Shown here: piece by piece, positions 6,589 to 14,951 of the stretch
Layout: every line of letters starts with the position of its first letter
Numbering within the stretch: position 1 is the first letter of the stretch
IMG/VR virus record: IMGVR_UViG_3300035698_032311
Span: 1 to 64,000 of that record
DNA from: a virus
Reading direction: 5' to 3' (one strand)
Length of the DNA stretch: 64,000 nt
Made by a program: the position numbers and the translations under genes
The notes under the pieces: model-generated
Databases searched by the model: none
Told to the model about the DNA's origin: nothing
Seen by the model: only the letters and a program-made list of their open reading frames with translations

Positions 6589-6819
6589 ATGAAAAAAGTA
6601 AATAGGATTACTGTCGTTATCGGACGGTTTGGAATTGAACCCGAAAGTATTGAAATACCCAAAGGTTCTACTGTCAAAGAAGCATTAGAAGAAGCAGGCA
6701 TTGCTTTAGCCACTGGTGAAAAGGTTTATGTTGGAGGAGACAAAGCTACTTCTAAAGACATTTTAGACGATGGCGATGTAATTAATGTAGTCGGAAGTAA
6801 AGAAGGCGGGGTTCTTTAG
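6589..6819 (+). CDS. ubiquitin-like β-grasp protein (ThiS/MoaD-like) with C-terminal GG-VL
   Basis: 76 aa; ITVVIGRFG…EIPKGSTVKEALEEAGI…ILDDGDVINVVGSKEGGVL parallels ThiS/MoaD …DGDxI……GG. The diglycine is followed by a 2-residue tail. Confidence 0.5.
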   Translation: MKKVNRITVVIGRFGIEPESIEIPKGSTVKEALEEAGIALATGEKVYVGGDKATSKDILDDGDVINVVGSKEGGVL

Positions 6820-6869
6820 AGAATCGCGCCTTTTTTAAAGGTCGTTTAAGTTAAAACAGAAAAAAGATT

Positions 6870-7661
6870 ATGAATCCAAGAGATTTAAAAAAACTCGTTA
6901 TAGGAGTCGTTATCTTAGTATTGTTTTTACTTCTTAACCCCTTTGGTACAATTGGTGCAGGAGAAAGAGGTATTCGATTAAGGTTTGGTGCTGTAGTTGA
7001 TGAGATACTAAACGAAGGTTTATATTTTAGAATACCTTTTGTTGAAGTAGTTAAAAGAATAGATGTAAAGATTCAAAAAGAACAAGTAAAAGCAACTGCT
7101 GCATCTAAAGATTTACAGGAAGTTACTTCTGTTGTGGCTTTGAATTTTCATCTTGATCCAAATAAAGTAACAACAATATATCAAGAAGTCGGAATTGACT
7201 ACGATGATAGAATTATTGCACCTGCTATCCAAGAATCAGTTAAAGCTTCTACTGCTCAATTCACAGCAGAAGAATTGATTACTAAAAGAGCTGAAGTCAG
7301 AGAAAAAATTAGAATTATATTAATAGGAAAAATTGAAAAAAGAGGAATAATAGTTGATGACTTCAATATTATTGATTTAGACTTCTCGGCAGCATTTAAT
7401 AGAGCTATTGAAGCTAAAGTAACTGCAGAACAAGATGCATTAGCTGCTCAAAATAAGTTAGCACAAGTAGAATTTGAAGCAACACAAAAAGTGACCAAAG
7501 CTACTGCAGATGCAGAAGCAATTAGAATTCAGGCTCAAGCTATTACTCAGCAGGGTGGTAAAGATTATGTCCAATTACAAGCAATTGATAAATGGAATGG
7601 AATACTACCAGTAAATTGGTATGGTGGTTCAGTGCTTCCTTTTATAGATATCGGACACTAA
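6870..7661 (+). CDS. SPFH/band-7 (prohibitin/HflKC-like) membrane protein
   Basis: N-terminal TM segment, then GERGIRLRFGAVVDEILNEGLYFRIPFVEVVKRIDVKIQ and a long Ala/Gln-rich coiled coil, classic for the SPFH domain. Confidence 0.75.
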   Translation: MNPRDLKKLVIGVVILVLFLLLNPFGTIGAGERGIRLRFGAVVDEILNEGLYFRIPFVEVVKRIDVKIQKEQVKATAASKDLQEVTSVVALNFHLDPNKVTTIYQEVGIDYDDRIIAPAIQESVKASTAQFTAEELITKRAEVREKIRIILIGKIEKRGIIVDDFNIIDLDFSAAFNRAIEAKVTAEQDALAAQNKLAQVEFEATQKVTKATADAEAIRIQAQAITQQGGKDYVQLQAIDKWNGILPVNWYGGSVLPFIDIGH

Positions 7662-7662
7662 T

Positions 7663-7905
7663 ATGAAAAAAGGTTTTACAGTAATAGAACTTCTAGTAAC
7701 AATAGCAATTATCGGTACTTTGTTAGGAATTTTTATGGTTTCTTTACAAAATGCTAGAGAAAAAATAACAAATCCTGCTTATAAAGAATGTCAAGAAGAA
7801 GAAAACGAGTGTCGAAATGATTGCGCCAATTTTGCTGTAGATTTAAGTGATTGTCTTTTAAGATGCAATATTTTAAAAGAAAGTTGTTTAAACGTAATTG
7901 ATTAA
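7663..7905 (+). CDS. type IV pilin-like protein (prepilin-type N-terminal cleavage/methylation domain)
   Basis: MKKGFTVIELLVTIAIIGTLLGIFMV matches the G|FT(L/V)IEL prepilin peptidase site plus hydrophobic helix. Short Cys-rich C-terminus. Confidence 0.65.
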   Translation: MKKGFTVIELLVTIAIIGTLLGIFMVSLQNAREKITNPAYKECQEEENECRNDCANFAVDLSDCLLRCNILKESCLNVID

Positions 7906-7912
7906 TTATAGA

Positions 7913-8141
7913 GGCATAAGTAGTTCCTATTATATTTGCGATTTCAGGATCAAAAGTCTTGAAATTGCAAGCAACCTTATTACTACTCGCCTCTTAATAA
8001 AAAATAAAAGTGGCATAGGCAGTTCCTATTACAATTACATTTTGGATTTAAATACTGCCCGCCACCAACAGGAAAGTAGTTCAATGGTAGAACACAGGCT
8101 TAATTTACTTTTCGCTTTTAGCAAAAAAAGTTCCTATTATA
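7913..8141. repeat. three direct copies of an agttcctatta-containing repeat at about 100-bp spacing
   Basis: ggcataagtagttcctattata at 7913-7934 and ggcataggcagttcctattaca at 8012-8033 match 19/22; the agttcctattata core recurs at 8129-8141. Confidence 0.6.
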
Positions 8142-8183
8142 AACTGGGTGCCTGTGATGTAGGTTCGATTCCTACCTTTCCTA
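8070..8183 (+). tRNA. tRNA gene interrupted by a ~43-nt insertion in the anticodon loop (possible anticodon TGG, Pro, if spliced)
   Basis: Perfect acceptor aggaaag/ctttcct (7 WC), D-arm gttc-aatggta-gaac, T-arm gtagg-ttcgatt-cctac. The anticodon stem halves caggc (8095-8099) and gcctg (8150-8154) are separated by 50 nt instead of 7. The insert carries the third copy of the agttcctattata repeat. Confidence 0.45.
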
Positions 8184-8225
8184 CAAATATAAAAAGGTCA
8201 TATATTAATTTAACAAAGTAAATAC

Positions 8226-10190
8226 ATGAACACTTCAATTCTTAGGCTTTTTAAAGCTTTACCCATAAAAACTAAAAGAAAAAAAACCAACAAAGATTTG
8301 TTGATGAAAACCATCAAGAAAGGTTTTATATTTTCTCCAGAAGTTATTTATACTTATCCAAACTATATCAAGCTAATAGAAATGGTAGAAAAACTCTTTG
8401 GAATAACTGCTGAAAAATTAAATAGTTCTTTTCACAAATCTTGGGTTAAGGTAAAAAATGCTGATATAGAACAATTGGTAGTGGAACAAATAGCACACTA
8501 TTTGACAACATATGGTAAAGAGCAACCAAAAGAATATTTGATAGAAAAGGAAGTACAATGGGGTGTTAATCATTTAGCTGAAAAGATACTTGAATTGAAA
8601 GATTTTGAATCAAATAAAATTCAAGATGAAAATTATATTTATATTCCCAAAGAAAAGTTAGATATTCCTGAACTTGATATTGATGGAATAAAATTAGTAG
8701 TTATTAAAGGATATACTAAAAAAGAATTGAAAGAGAAGTTATTGAAACTGCTTGGTTTAGGAATAGCGTTAGGTGAAGATACAATAAAAGATGTGTTAAA
8801 TGTAGCTACTTTTGTTGAATTAAATGAAAAAGATTTAGAAAATATTAAAAATAAAGAAGTAAGAGTCACGCTTTATGATAATTTGAATTTGTTGCCGGAA
8901 AGCCCTATTGAATTTTTGAGATTTGTTATTTATAAAGCAACAGATAAAACTCTTCTGATTAAAAGTTCTGTATTAATAAAAGAGATAAAAGAACATAAAA
9001 ATACCGGTATTACTAAACTTTTTACTGAATATAAACAAAAGTATGGATTAGAAAAACTAGCAGAAATATTTTATCGTTTTAAACCCCTTTTTCTAGCGTT
9101 CAGAATAAACAAAACATCAAAAAAGACAATAAATAAAATAAGAAGATTAGCTGTAAAGTACCACAAACCACTACCAGAAGATTATCTTAACAACATTACA
9201 TCCAAGTTGAAGAAAGGAGAAAAAGTAGGCAGTAATAAACTAAAAGAAGAACTGGACAAAGTTAACGTGTTTCGCAAGATTAGATTGGCTTATGCTTTGA
9301 AATTTAGAACAAAAGATGTTAAATCAATTTTGTACAAGATAAGGAATGGAAAAGGATATGCTACATCTTTCGATTTTATAAAGAAAGCAGGTGCCAAGAG
9401 AATATTAGACATTGTATTAGATTCAATTGTTAAAGATATTAGCAAAAATGTAAAGAACAAAAAAATCTATATTCCTGAACATATAACATATAGTTTGCCT
9501 GCAACTGAAAAACAATTTACAGGAAATTTTCCCTCAGGAACATTTGTATCAATTCCCAAAGATATGATTGTTGGTATTAGTTGGGCAAACGTAAACGGTG
9601 ATATGATTGACTTAGACTTATCTATGATTTCACCAACAACTGGTAAAATAGGTTGGGATGTGGGTTATAGAACAAAAAGTAAAAATATATTGTTCTCGGG
9701 AGATATAACAAATGCTCCTAATGGTGCTACAGAGTTGTTTTACATACAAAGACAAACTAAAAAAGCACTTATACTTCTTGTTAATTATTATAATTTTAAT
9801 GAAGACATAGAAGTTCCATTTAAAATAATTGTAGCTAAAGAAAAAACAGATGATTTTAAAGAAAATTATATGGTAAATCCTAACAATGTTATGTCTGTTG
9901 CTGAATCAAAAATCAATCAAAGAGAAAAAATATTAGGTTTATTGGTTACAACTTCTGATGAATGCAGATTTTATTTTACTGAAACATATATAGGTAAATC
10001 AATAACTTCTACTGGCTCAGATTTTGTAGAACACAGTAGAAAATATCTCTTTGATTTCTATGAAAATACTATTAGATTAGAAGATGTTTTGATAAAAGCG
10101 GGTGCTAAAATAGTTGATAAAGATAAAGCTGATATTGATTTATCACCAGAAAACTTAGAAAAAGATACTATATTAAATTTGCTAGTTTAA
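8226..10190 (+). CDS. large protein with C-terminal TerD-like (tellurite-resistance/Ca-binding) domain
   Basis: 654 aa; residues ~440-580 read GISWANVNGDMIDLDLSMIS…GKIGWDVGY…ILFSGDITNAPNGATELFYI…ILLVNYYN. This follows the TerD pattern GWDV…DLDLSa…SGDNLTG…E.I.I…A.vTIhd. Confidence 0.45.
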   Translation: MNTSILRLFKALPIKTKRKKTNKDLLMKTIKKGFIFSPEVIYTYPNYIKLIEMVEKLFGITAEKLNSSFHKSWVKVKNADIEQLVVEQIAHYLTTYGKEQPKEYLIEKEVQWGVNHLAEKILELKDFESNKIQDENYIYIPKEKLDIPELDIDGIKLVVIKGYTKKELKEKLLKLLGLGIALGEDTIKDVLNVATFVELNEKDLENIKNKEVRVTLYDNLNLLPESPIEFLRFVIYKATDKTLLIKSSVLIKEIKEHKNTGITKLFTEYKQKYGLEKLAEIFYRFKPLFLAFRINKTSKKTINKIRRLAVKYHKPLPEDYLNNITSKLKKGEKVGSNKLKEELDKVNVFRKIRLAYALKFRTKDVKSILYKIRNGKGYATSFDFIKKAGAKRILDIVLDSIVKDISKNVKNKKIYIPEHITYSLPATEKQFTGNFPSGTFVSIPKDMIVGISWANVNGDMIDLDLSMISPTTGKIGWDVGYRTKSKNILFSGDITNAPNGATELFYIQRQTKKALILLVNYYNFNEDIEVPFKIIVAKEKTDDFKENYMVNPNNVMSVAESKINQREKILGLLVTTSDECRFYFTETYIGKSITSTGSDFVEHSRKYLFDFYENTIRLEDVLIKAGAKIVDKDKADIDLSPENLEKDTILNLLV

Positions 10191-10212
10191 AGATTTAAAA
10201 GGATCAAGTAAG

Positions 10213-11109
10213 ATGAACAGTTGGTTTAAACAATATTATAATAAATGCATTCAAATTTTAGATGAAATGAGATCTAAAATTGAAAAAAAAGTTTCAAGAT
10301 TAAAAGAAGATATCGCATTTTATCTCGAAAGATCGACTAAAGCAACATTACGTTTGAGAGAACAACAAAAAATGGAAATGTTGTTTGAACAATTAAAAGT
10401 AGAAAAAGCTGCATTAGAAAAACTTAAAAAATACAGAAAAGAACTTGATACTAATGTTTTCATAAAAGAACAGTTTCTAAAATTGAAATCGCATCATAAA
10501 ATTGAAAAAGTATTATTCAGATTCGATAATAAAATTATTGATATTTACACAGAAGAATTAAAAGTTTCAGGATCAAGAATTGGAAAATTCAGAATATCTA
10601 TTGAATTAAATAATAGTACACCATTTAAAATTAAAAATTTAACATATAAAGTTAATGATAAGTTTGATCATTGGTTTGTTAAAAATGAAAAACCATGCTT
10701 TGGAAGCTGGCAACCTGTTGTTGATAAATATTTACAAACAGGACATGTCTTTTTATGTATTGACACATTAATTCATTTTTTATTATCAATAAAAGGCGAA
10801 CACGGTTTTTTAAAATCTAAAGATTGGCTTAAAAGTTTTACTGAACAAAAACATTATAAAAGTAACACAAATTCAGGTTATCTAACAGTTGATATGGAAA
10901 CTACTGTAAATGCGGGCGATTCATACTATCTTAATCATATTATGAGTAGAACAAGAGTTGGTCCTAGCATTTATGCTTCTGTGCCCGAAATAGCAACTAG
11001 TCCAAGAAATGTATACATGGCAGTATCTCCAGGATTTATAAATGAGTCACCTTCAACAACTAATATGCCTATAACAACATGGTTATATGACAATAATGCA
11101 GCTAGTTAA
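10213..11109 (+). CDS. hypothetical protein, coiled-coil N-terminus; weak E2/UBC-like patch
   Basis: 298 aa; HWFVKNEKPCFGSWQPVV…GHVFLCIDTLIHFLLSI loosely resembles the UBC HPN…C…W.P…LLSI order. Confidence 0.3.
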   Translation: MNSWFKQYYNKCIQILDEMRSKIEKKVSRLKEDIAFYLERSTKATLRLREQQKMEMLFEQLKVEKAALEKLKKYRKELDTNVFIKEQFLKLKSHHKIEKVLFRFDNKIIDIYTEELKVSGSRIGKFRISIELNNSTPFKIKNLTYKVNDKFDHWFVKNEKPCFGSWQPVVDKYLQTGHVFLCIDTLIHFLLSIKGEHGFLKSKDWLKSFTEQKHYKSNTNSGYLTVDMETTVNAGDSYYLNHIMSRTRVGPSIYASVPEIATSPRNVYMAVSPGFINESPSTTNMPITTWLYDNNAAS

Positions 11110-11111
11110 AT

Positions 11112-11777
11112 ATGAAATTAATATTTAATAAAAAAAGTTATCTCAAATTAAAATATTTCACTCGGAATGTAAATACAGAAATATCAGGATTGGGTGAAAG
11201 TGTGCTTGTTACACCCTCAATAATACGAGTTGATAATATAGAAATTTTTCCCCAAACATGTTCTTACGCAAGTACTCAATTAGACGAAGATATGTTAGCT
11301 AAGTTCTTACACAAGAGAACTGTAAATAATGAAGATGTTTCAAAATACAATATTTGGTGGCACTCACACAATGATTTTTCAACATTTTGGAGTGGTATAG
11401 ATGAAAATACCATTGAAACAACCACAAGCAATCCTTATTTAATTTCAATAGTTGTCAATAAAAAATTAGATTTTTTAGCTCGAATTGATATTTTCAAACC
11501 GATTAGATTAACCTTTTCATTAGACGTCTTATCACCCCTCAAAATTCGCAATAACCAAAAAATAAAAGAGTATTGCCTTCGAAGAATTAAAAAACATGTT
11601 AAAAGACCGAAAATATTTATTCCTCAAAATATTAAAAAACTTTCTCGATATCCAATATTTAAAGATTTTTTAGAAGAAAATAATATCCTTCAATTAAAAC
11701 CATATTCAAAATCAACTTTAGATGAAATAGATCGTTTTTTAGAAAGTGTGGGTATATATTATAAACATACTCTGTAA
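11112..11777 (+). CDS. JAB/MPN (JAMM) metallopeptidase
   Basis: Complete JAMM signature H-S-H-NDFSTFW-S-GI-D (HxHx7Sx2D) with upstream EISGLGES. Confidence 0.65.
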   Translation: MKLIFNKKSYLKLKYFTRNVNTEISGLGESVLVTPSIIRVDNIEIFPQTCSYASTQLDEDMLAKFLHKRTVNNEDVSKYNIWWHSHNDFSTFWSGIDENTIETTTSNPYLISIVVNKKLDFLARIDIFKPIRLTFSLDVLSPLKIRNNQKIKEYCLRRIKKHVKRPKIFIPQNIKKLSRYPIFKDFLEENNILQLKPYSKSTLDEIDRFLESVGIYYKHTL

Positions 11778-12452
11778 ATGTCTAAAAAAAATACTAAAAT
11801 AGATTATTCAAGGCAGAAAGACCTTTTTAATCCGATTCTTTTTCCAGAGGGTGTAAGTATTATAGGCTTAGGCACAATAGGCTCTAATGTTGCTTATTGT
11901 TTGGCACGATTAGGAATACACCATCTAAGCATTTGGGATCACGATATTGTCAATTTTGTAAATCTTCCGAGCCAAGCATATTCATATAGCGATGTTGGTA
12001 AATCTAAGACATTATCATTGGCAAAATCTTTAAAAAACTTTTTGAAGACAATTATTTTATATAATAATATTAAACCCAAGACAAAATTTACTTCAAAAGT
12101 AGATGTACATTTTATAGATCCAATTATTGTAATTGCAGTAGACAGTATGAAAGAAAGAGAAAAGCTCTGCAAAATACTAATAAAAAAGCAGAAAAAAAGC
12201 AATAAAAGGTTTGTCATTATTGATGGAAGAATTGGAGGTTCTCAAATTGAAATATATACAAGAACTAATCTTGAAAAATGGAAAAAAACCTTTTCTAAAT
12301 ATCCAGATCAAGATCCGTGCGGTGCTCGAAATATTTCTTATATTGGAACTATAATTGCAGGGCTTATTAGTAATCAAGTTAAAAGAATTCTTAAACATGA
12401 AGGAATCAAGCTTGATATTCTTTTTAATATAGATTCTTTACAACTTTTGTAA
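11778..12452 (+). CDS. E1-like ThiF/MoeB-family adenylyltransferase (Ubl-activating)
   Basis: DYSRQ…VSIIGLGTIGSNVAYCLARLGIHHLSIWDHDIVNFVNLPSQ…DVGKSKTLSLAKSLK is the diagnostic ThiF/MoeB/E1 Rossmann region; compact 224-aa form. Confidence 0.75.
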   Translation: MSKKNTKIDYSRQKDLFNPILFPEGVSIIGLGTIGSNVAYCLARLGIHHLSIWDHDIVNFVNLPSQAYSYSDVGKSKTLSLAKSLKNFLKTIILYNNIKPKTKFTSKVDVHFIDPIIVIAVDSMKEREKLCKILIKKQKKSNKRFVIIDGRIGGSQIEIYTRTNLEKWKKTFSKYPDQDPCGARNISYIGTIIAGLISNQVKRILKHEGIKLDILFNIDSLQLL

Positions 12453-12709
12453 TGCCTAATACTATTTTAAATTCTCAAGAACATAAAAAAAGACTTCTTA
12501 CTATAGCAGGTTATCTGCCTTCTCGTTCTGAATATAGAGAATTTTCTAATGTTCTTCATGTCGGTTCTCGTATCACTGAAACACATATTAGATATATGAC
12601 AATAGAAGAATTAAAATTTATGTTAATAGGAATTAAAAGGCGTCAAATTCAAGAACTAATTAATAAATTAGAAGAAGATATTCGTAAAATAGAAAACTAT
12701 GAAAGTTAA
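12452..12709 (+). CDS. hypothetical protein
   Basis: 85-aa ORF abutting the E1 stop. Confidence 0.3.
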   Translation: MPNTILNSQEHKKRLLTIAGYLPSRSEYREFSNVLHVGSRITETHIRYMTIEELKFMLIGIKRRQIQELINKLEEDIRKIENYES

Positions 12710-12989
12710 TGAAGTTTTAAAATTCAATAAAAATACATGGTTATCTGTCGATAAACACTGTTATTCAATTAGATATCCTTCTACTCAAACATATTATTAT
12801 GCATCGTTAAAAGATGCTCTTGAAGATCTTTATGAAGAAAGAAAAAAAGCTAGATTATCTGAAAAAAAATGTCAATGTCTTAAAGAAATAATTGAAAAAA
12901 TTGAAGAAATAAACATCGAAACAACAGAAGAAATTAATAAAGCTTTAAAAATATACCAGAAAAATGAAAAAAAGAAAAATAAAAAATAA
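12699..12989 (+). CDS. hypothetical protein
   Basis: 96-aa ORF, K/E-rich C-terminus. Confidence 0.3.
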   Translation: MKVNEVLKFNKNTWLSVDKHCYSIRYPSTQTYYYASLKDALEDLYEERKKARLSEKKCQCLKEIIEKIEEINIETTEEINKALKIYQKNEKKKNKK

Positions 12990-13161
12990 AAGAAAAAAAA
13001 TCAATACACTGCCAATTTTTCTAATCAGCGACATAAGATCTATTTTTACTAGAAATGCTGCTGTTTTTCCTCATGTCATTTTGACAGAAGAGGGTGCTAT
13101 CACGTTATTAAATAAAATTAATGAAATAATTAATTATTTAAATGAAAAAAACCAAACTTGA
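12964..13161 (+). CDS. hypothetical protein
   Basis: 65-aa ORF. Confidence 0.25.
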   Translation: MKKRKIKNKRKKINTLPIFLISDIRSIFTRNAAVFPHVILTEEGAITLLNKINEIINYLNEKNQT

Positions 13162-13981
13162 AGATTTAATTATCGGCTACGGCGAAATAGGTCGTGCACT
13201 TTATAAATTATTTAAGAGAAATGTAGAAGTTAATAATAAAATACCACAAGATTTACTTAAAAGTAATATTATACATCTTCCACACATATATGATAAATAT
13301 AACGACAAATATTCTGATTATTCAAAAATTAAGAAAGCCAGATTTATGCATGTTTGTTATCCATATAATCAGTATTTTGAAATAACATTAGTTAATTATA
13401 TTGCTAAAATTAATCCGTATGCTGTTATCATTCATAGCACAATACCAATTGGAACAACAAGAAGACTTAACACTAGTTTAATAAGAAACAGAATAATATT
13501 TCATTCGCCTGTTAGGGGTGTTCACCCCCATCTTAAAATAGCTTTTACAACTTTCATTAAATATTTAGGTGTAGATCCACGAACATCTAAAAATGTTATT
13601 AAAAATGTCAAAAAACATTTAAAACAATTAGGTATGAAAGTTAAAGTATTAAAGAGCGAAGAAACAGAGCTGGGAAAATTATTATCTACTTTTCAATATG
13701 GTCGTGACATATTATTAGCAGACGAACTATTTAAAATCTGCCGAAAATTTAAAGTAGATTATAATAATGTTATATTACATTTCAATAAAACTTACAATGA
13801 AGGTTATGCTAATCTCAATCTAAGTAAGTATTCACGGTCTTTATTGTTTCCTGATATTAAAAAAGGATTTGGAGGTCATTGTATTGTTCCTAATGCTGAT
13901 TTGTTAAAAAAAGCAGGTGTTTCTAACTATTATGTTAACAAAATAATAAAAACTGGCCAGAAATCTAAGAAAAGACATTAA
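13142..13981 (+). CDS. NAD-binding dehydrogenase, UDP-glucose/GDP-mannose-dehydrogenase-like (short form)
   Basis: N-terminal IIGYGEIGRALYKLF Rossmann motif; C-terminal GFGGHCIVPNADLL resembles the UDPGDH catalytic GxGGxC(F/L)xKD motif. Confidence 0.4.
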   Translation: MKKTKLEDLIIGYGEIGRALYKLFKRNVEVNNKIPQDLLKSNIIHLPHIYDKYNDKYSDYSKIKKARFMHVCYPYNQYFEITLVNYIAKINPYAVIIHSTIPIGTTRRLNTSLIRNRIIFHSPVRGVHPHLKIAFTTFIKYLGVDPRTSKNVIKNVKKHLKQLGMKVKVLKSEETELGKLLSTFQYGRDILLADELFKICRKFKVDYNNVILHFNKTYNEGYANLNLSKYSRSLLFPDIKKGFGGHCIVPNADLLKKAGVSNYYVNKIIKTGQKSKKRH

Positions 13982-13992
13982 AAGTATTGTTT

Positions 13993-14040
13993 AAAATGCC
14001 CAGAAGCATATCTAGAATGAGCCCTGAGGCATTTTTTATT
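13993..14040 (+). terminator. putative intrinsic terminator of the plus-strand operon
   Basis: aaaatgcc (13993-14000) pairs with ggcatttt (14028-14035), followed by TTTTTTATT. Confidence 0.35.
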
Positions 14041-14067
14041 AAAAGATAAGGAATTATACCCTTCAAT

Positions 14068-14110
14068 CAAAAAAAGAGAGAGAAAGCAGTTATGTTATCT
14101 CTCTTTTTAT
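14068..14110. terminator. bidirectional intrinsic terminator between convergent gene blocks
   Basis: aagagaga (14074-14081) pairs with tctctctt (14098-14105), with A-run upstream and T-run downstream. Confidence 0.45.
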
Positions 14111-14129
14111 ATACAAATATTTATTTTTA

Positions 14130-14624
14130 TTAGTAGTATTGATTCCAACAGTTTTCACTTTGCTTCCAAGGTAATCTGCCTCTTCGTTTATGCAGTTCAA
14201 TACAACAGTCTATATTATCAGTAGGATTAAATGGGTCTAATTTTCTACCCAACCATTTTTCACAATCTTGAAGTGTGCTTGGAATAATTTGGCCGAGACC
14301 CATCCCTGCCTTACATCCAAATTCTTTATTGCAAACATTTGGATCAAATTTACTTTCACAATTAAAAATTCTGTAAAAAATTGGTATTTCTTCAAATAAT
14401 TGCTCTAATCTTAAAATAATTTCAATATCAAGGAAATTATTATATTTCTCTCTATCAACTGTATATGGGGATGCAATTCCTTTAATACTATTATTTTGAA
14501 TAGTAATAAAAGATTTTGTTTCAAACTGAGGAATATTTGAATAAAGAGTATGCTCTGACATTTCATTTACCACACAAGGTGTTAATAATAATAAAATAAT
14601 CAAGAGCATACTTGCTCTATACAT
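14130..14624 (-). CDS. lytic transglycosylase (SLT-domain) with signal peptide
   Basis: From Met17: MYRASMLLIILLLLTPCVV signal; CESKFDPNVCNKEFGCKAGMGLGQIIPST matches the SLT catalytic ES…AGA.GLMQ(I)MP.T motif. Confidence 0.55.
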   Translation of the reverse strand: MYRASMLLIILLLLTPCVVNEMSEHTLYSNIPQFETKSFITIQNNSIKGIASPYTVDREKYNNFLDIEIILRLEQLFEEIPIFYRIFNCESKFDPNVCNKEFGCKAGMGLGQIIPSTLQDCEKWLGRKLDPFNPTDNIDCCIELHKRRGRLPWKQSENCWNQYY

Positions 14625-14628
14625 ATAT

Positions 14629-14919
14629 TTATTTCTCTCCGAATCTTTTACTAAGTCCCACCATACCAACAAGACCTTTCAAAATTGTCTTAAATGTACC
14701 GTAAGATGCTGTTAGTGCTAAAATCAAAATACCCAAGAAATCTTTACCTTCTACATTTTGCCCTAAAAAGTATATCCAAATAAAACCAAATGTAATAACG
14801 AATGATGTTATTTGTTTTCTTAAGTCAGTTTTAGCAAGCCACGGAATGAATTTAAAAATTTCAGTAACAATTGATGAAACGAACCCTATTAGAACTGCAG
14901 GTATAATTATATTTTCCAT
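14629..14919 (-). CDS. holin-like small membrane protein
   Basis: 96 aa with 3 predicted TM segments, adjacent to lysins. Confidence 0.4.
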   Translation of the reverse strand: MENIIIPAVLIGFVSSIVTEIFKFIPWLAKTDLRKQITSFVITFGFIWIYFLGQNVEGKDFLGILILALTASYGTFKTILKGLVGMVGLSKRFGEK

Positions 14920-14951
14920 ATTTATGTTGTGTTAAATATTATTATCGACCT

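Noticed and set aside
7898-8221. 107-aa plus ORF
   Set aside because: It overlaps the direct-repeat array and the interrupted tRNA, has S/Y-rich nonsense composition, and is almost certainly non-coding.
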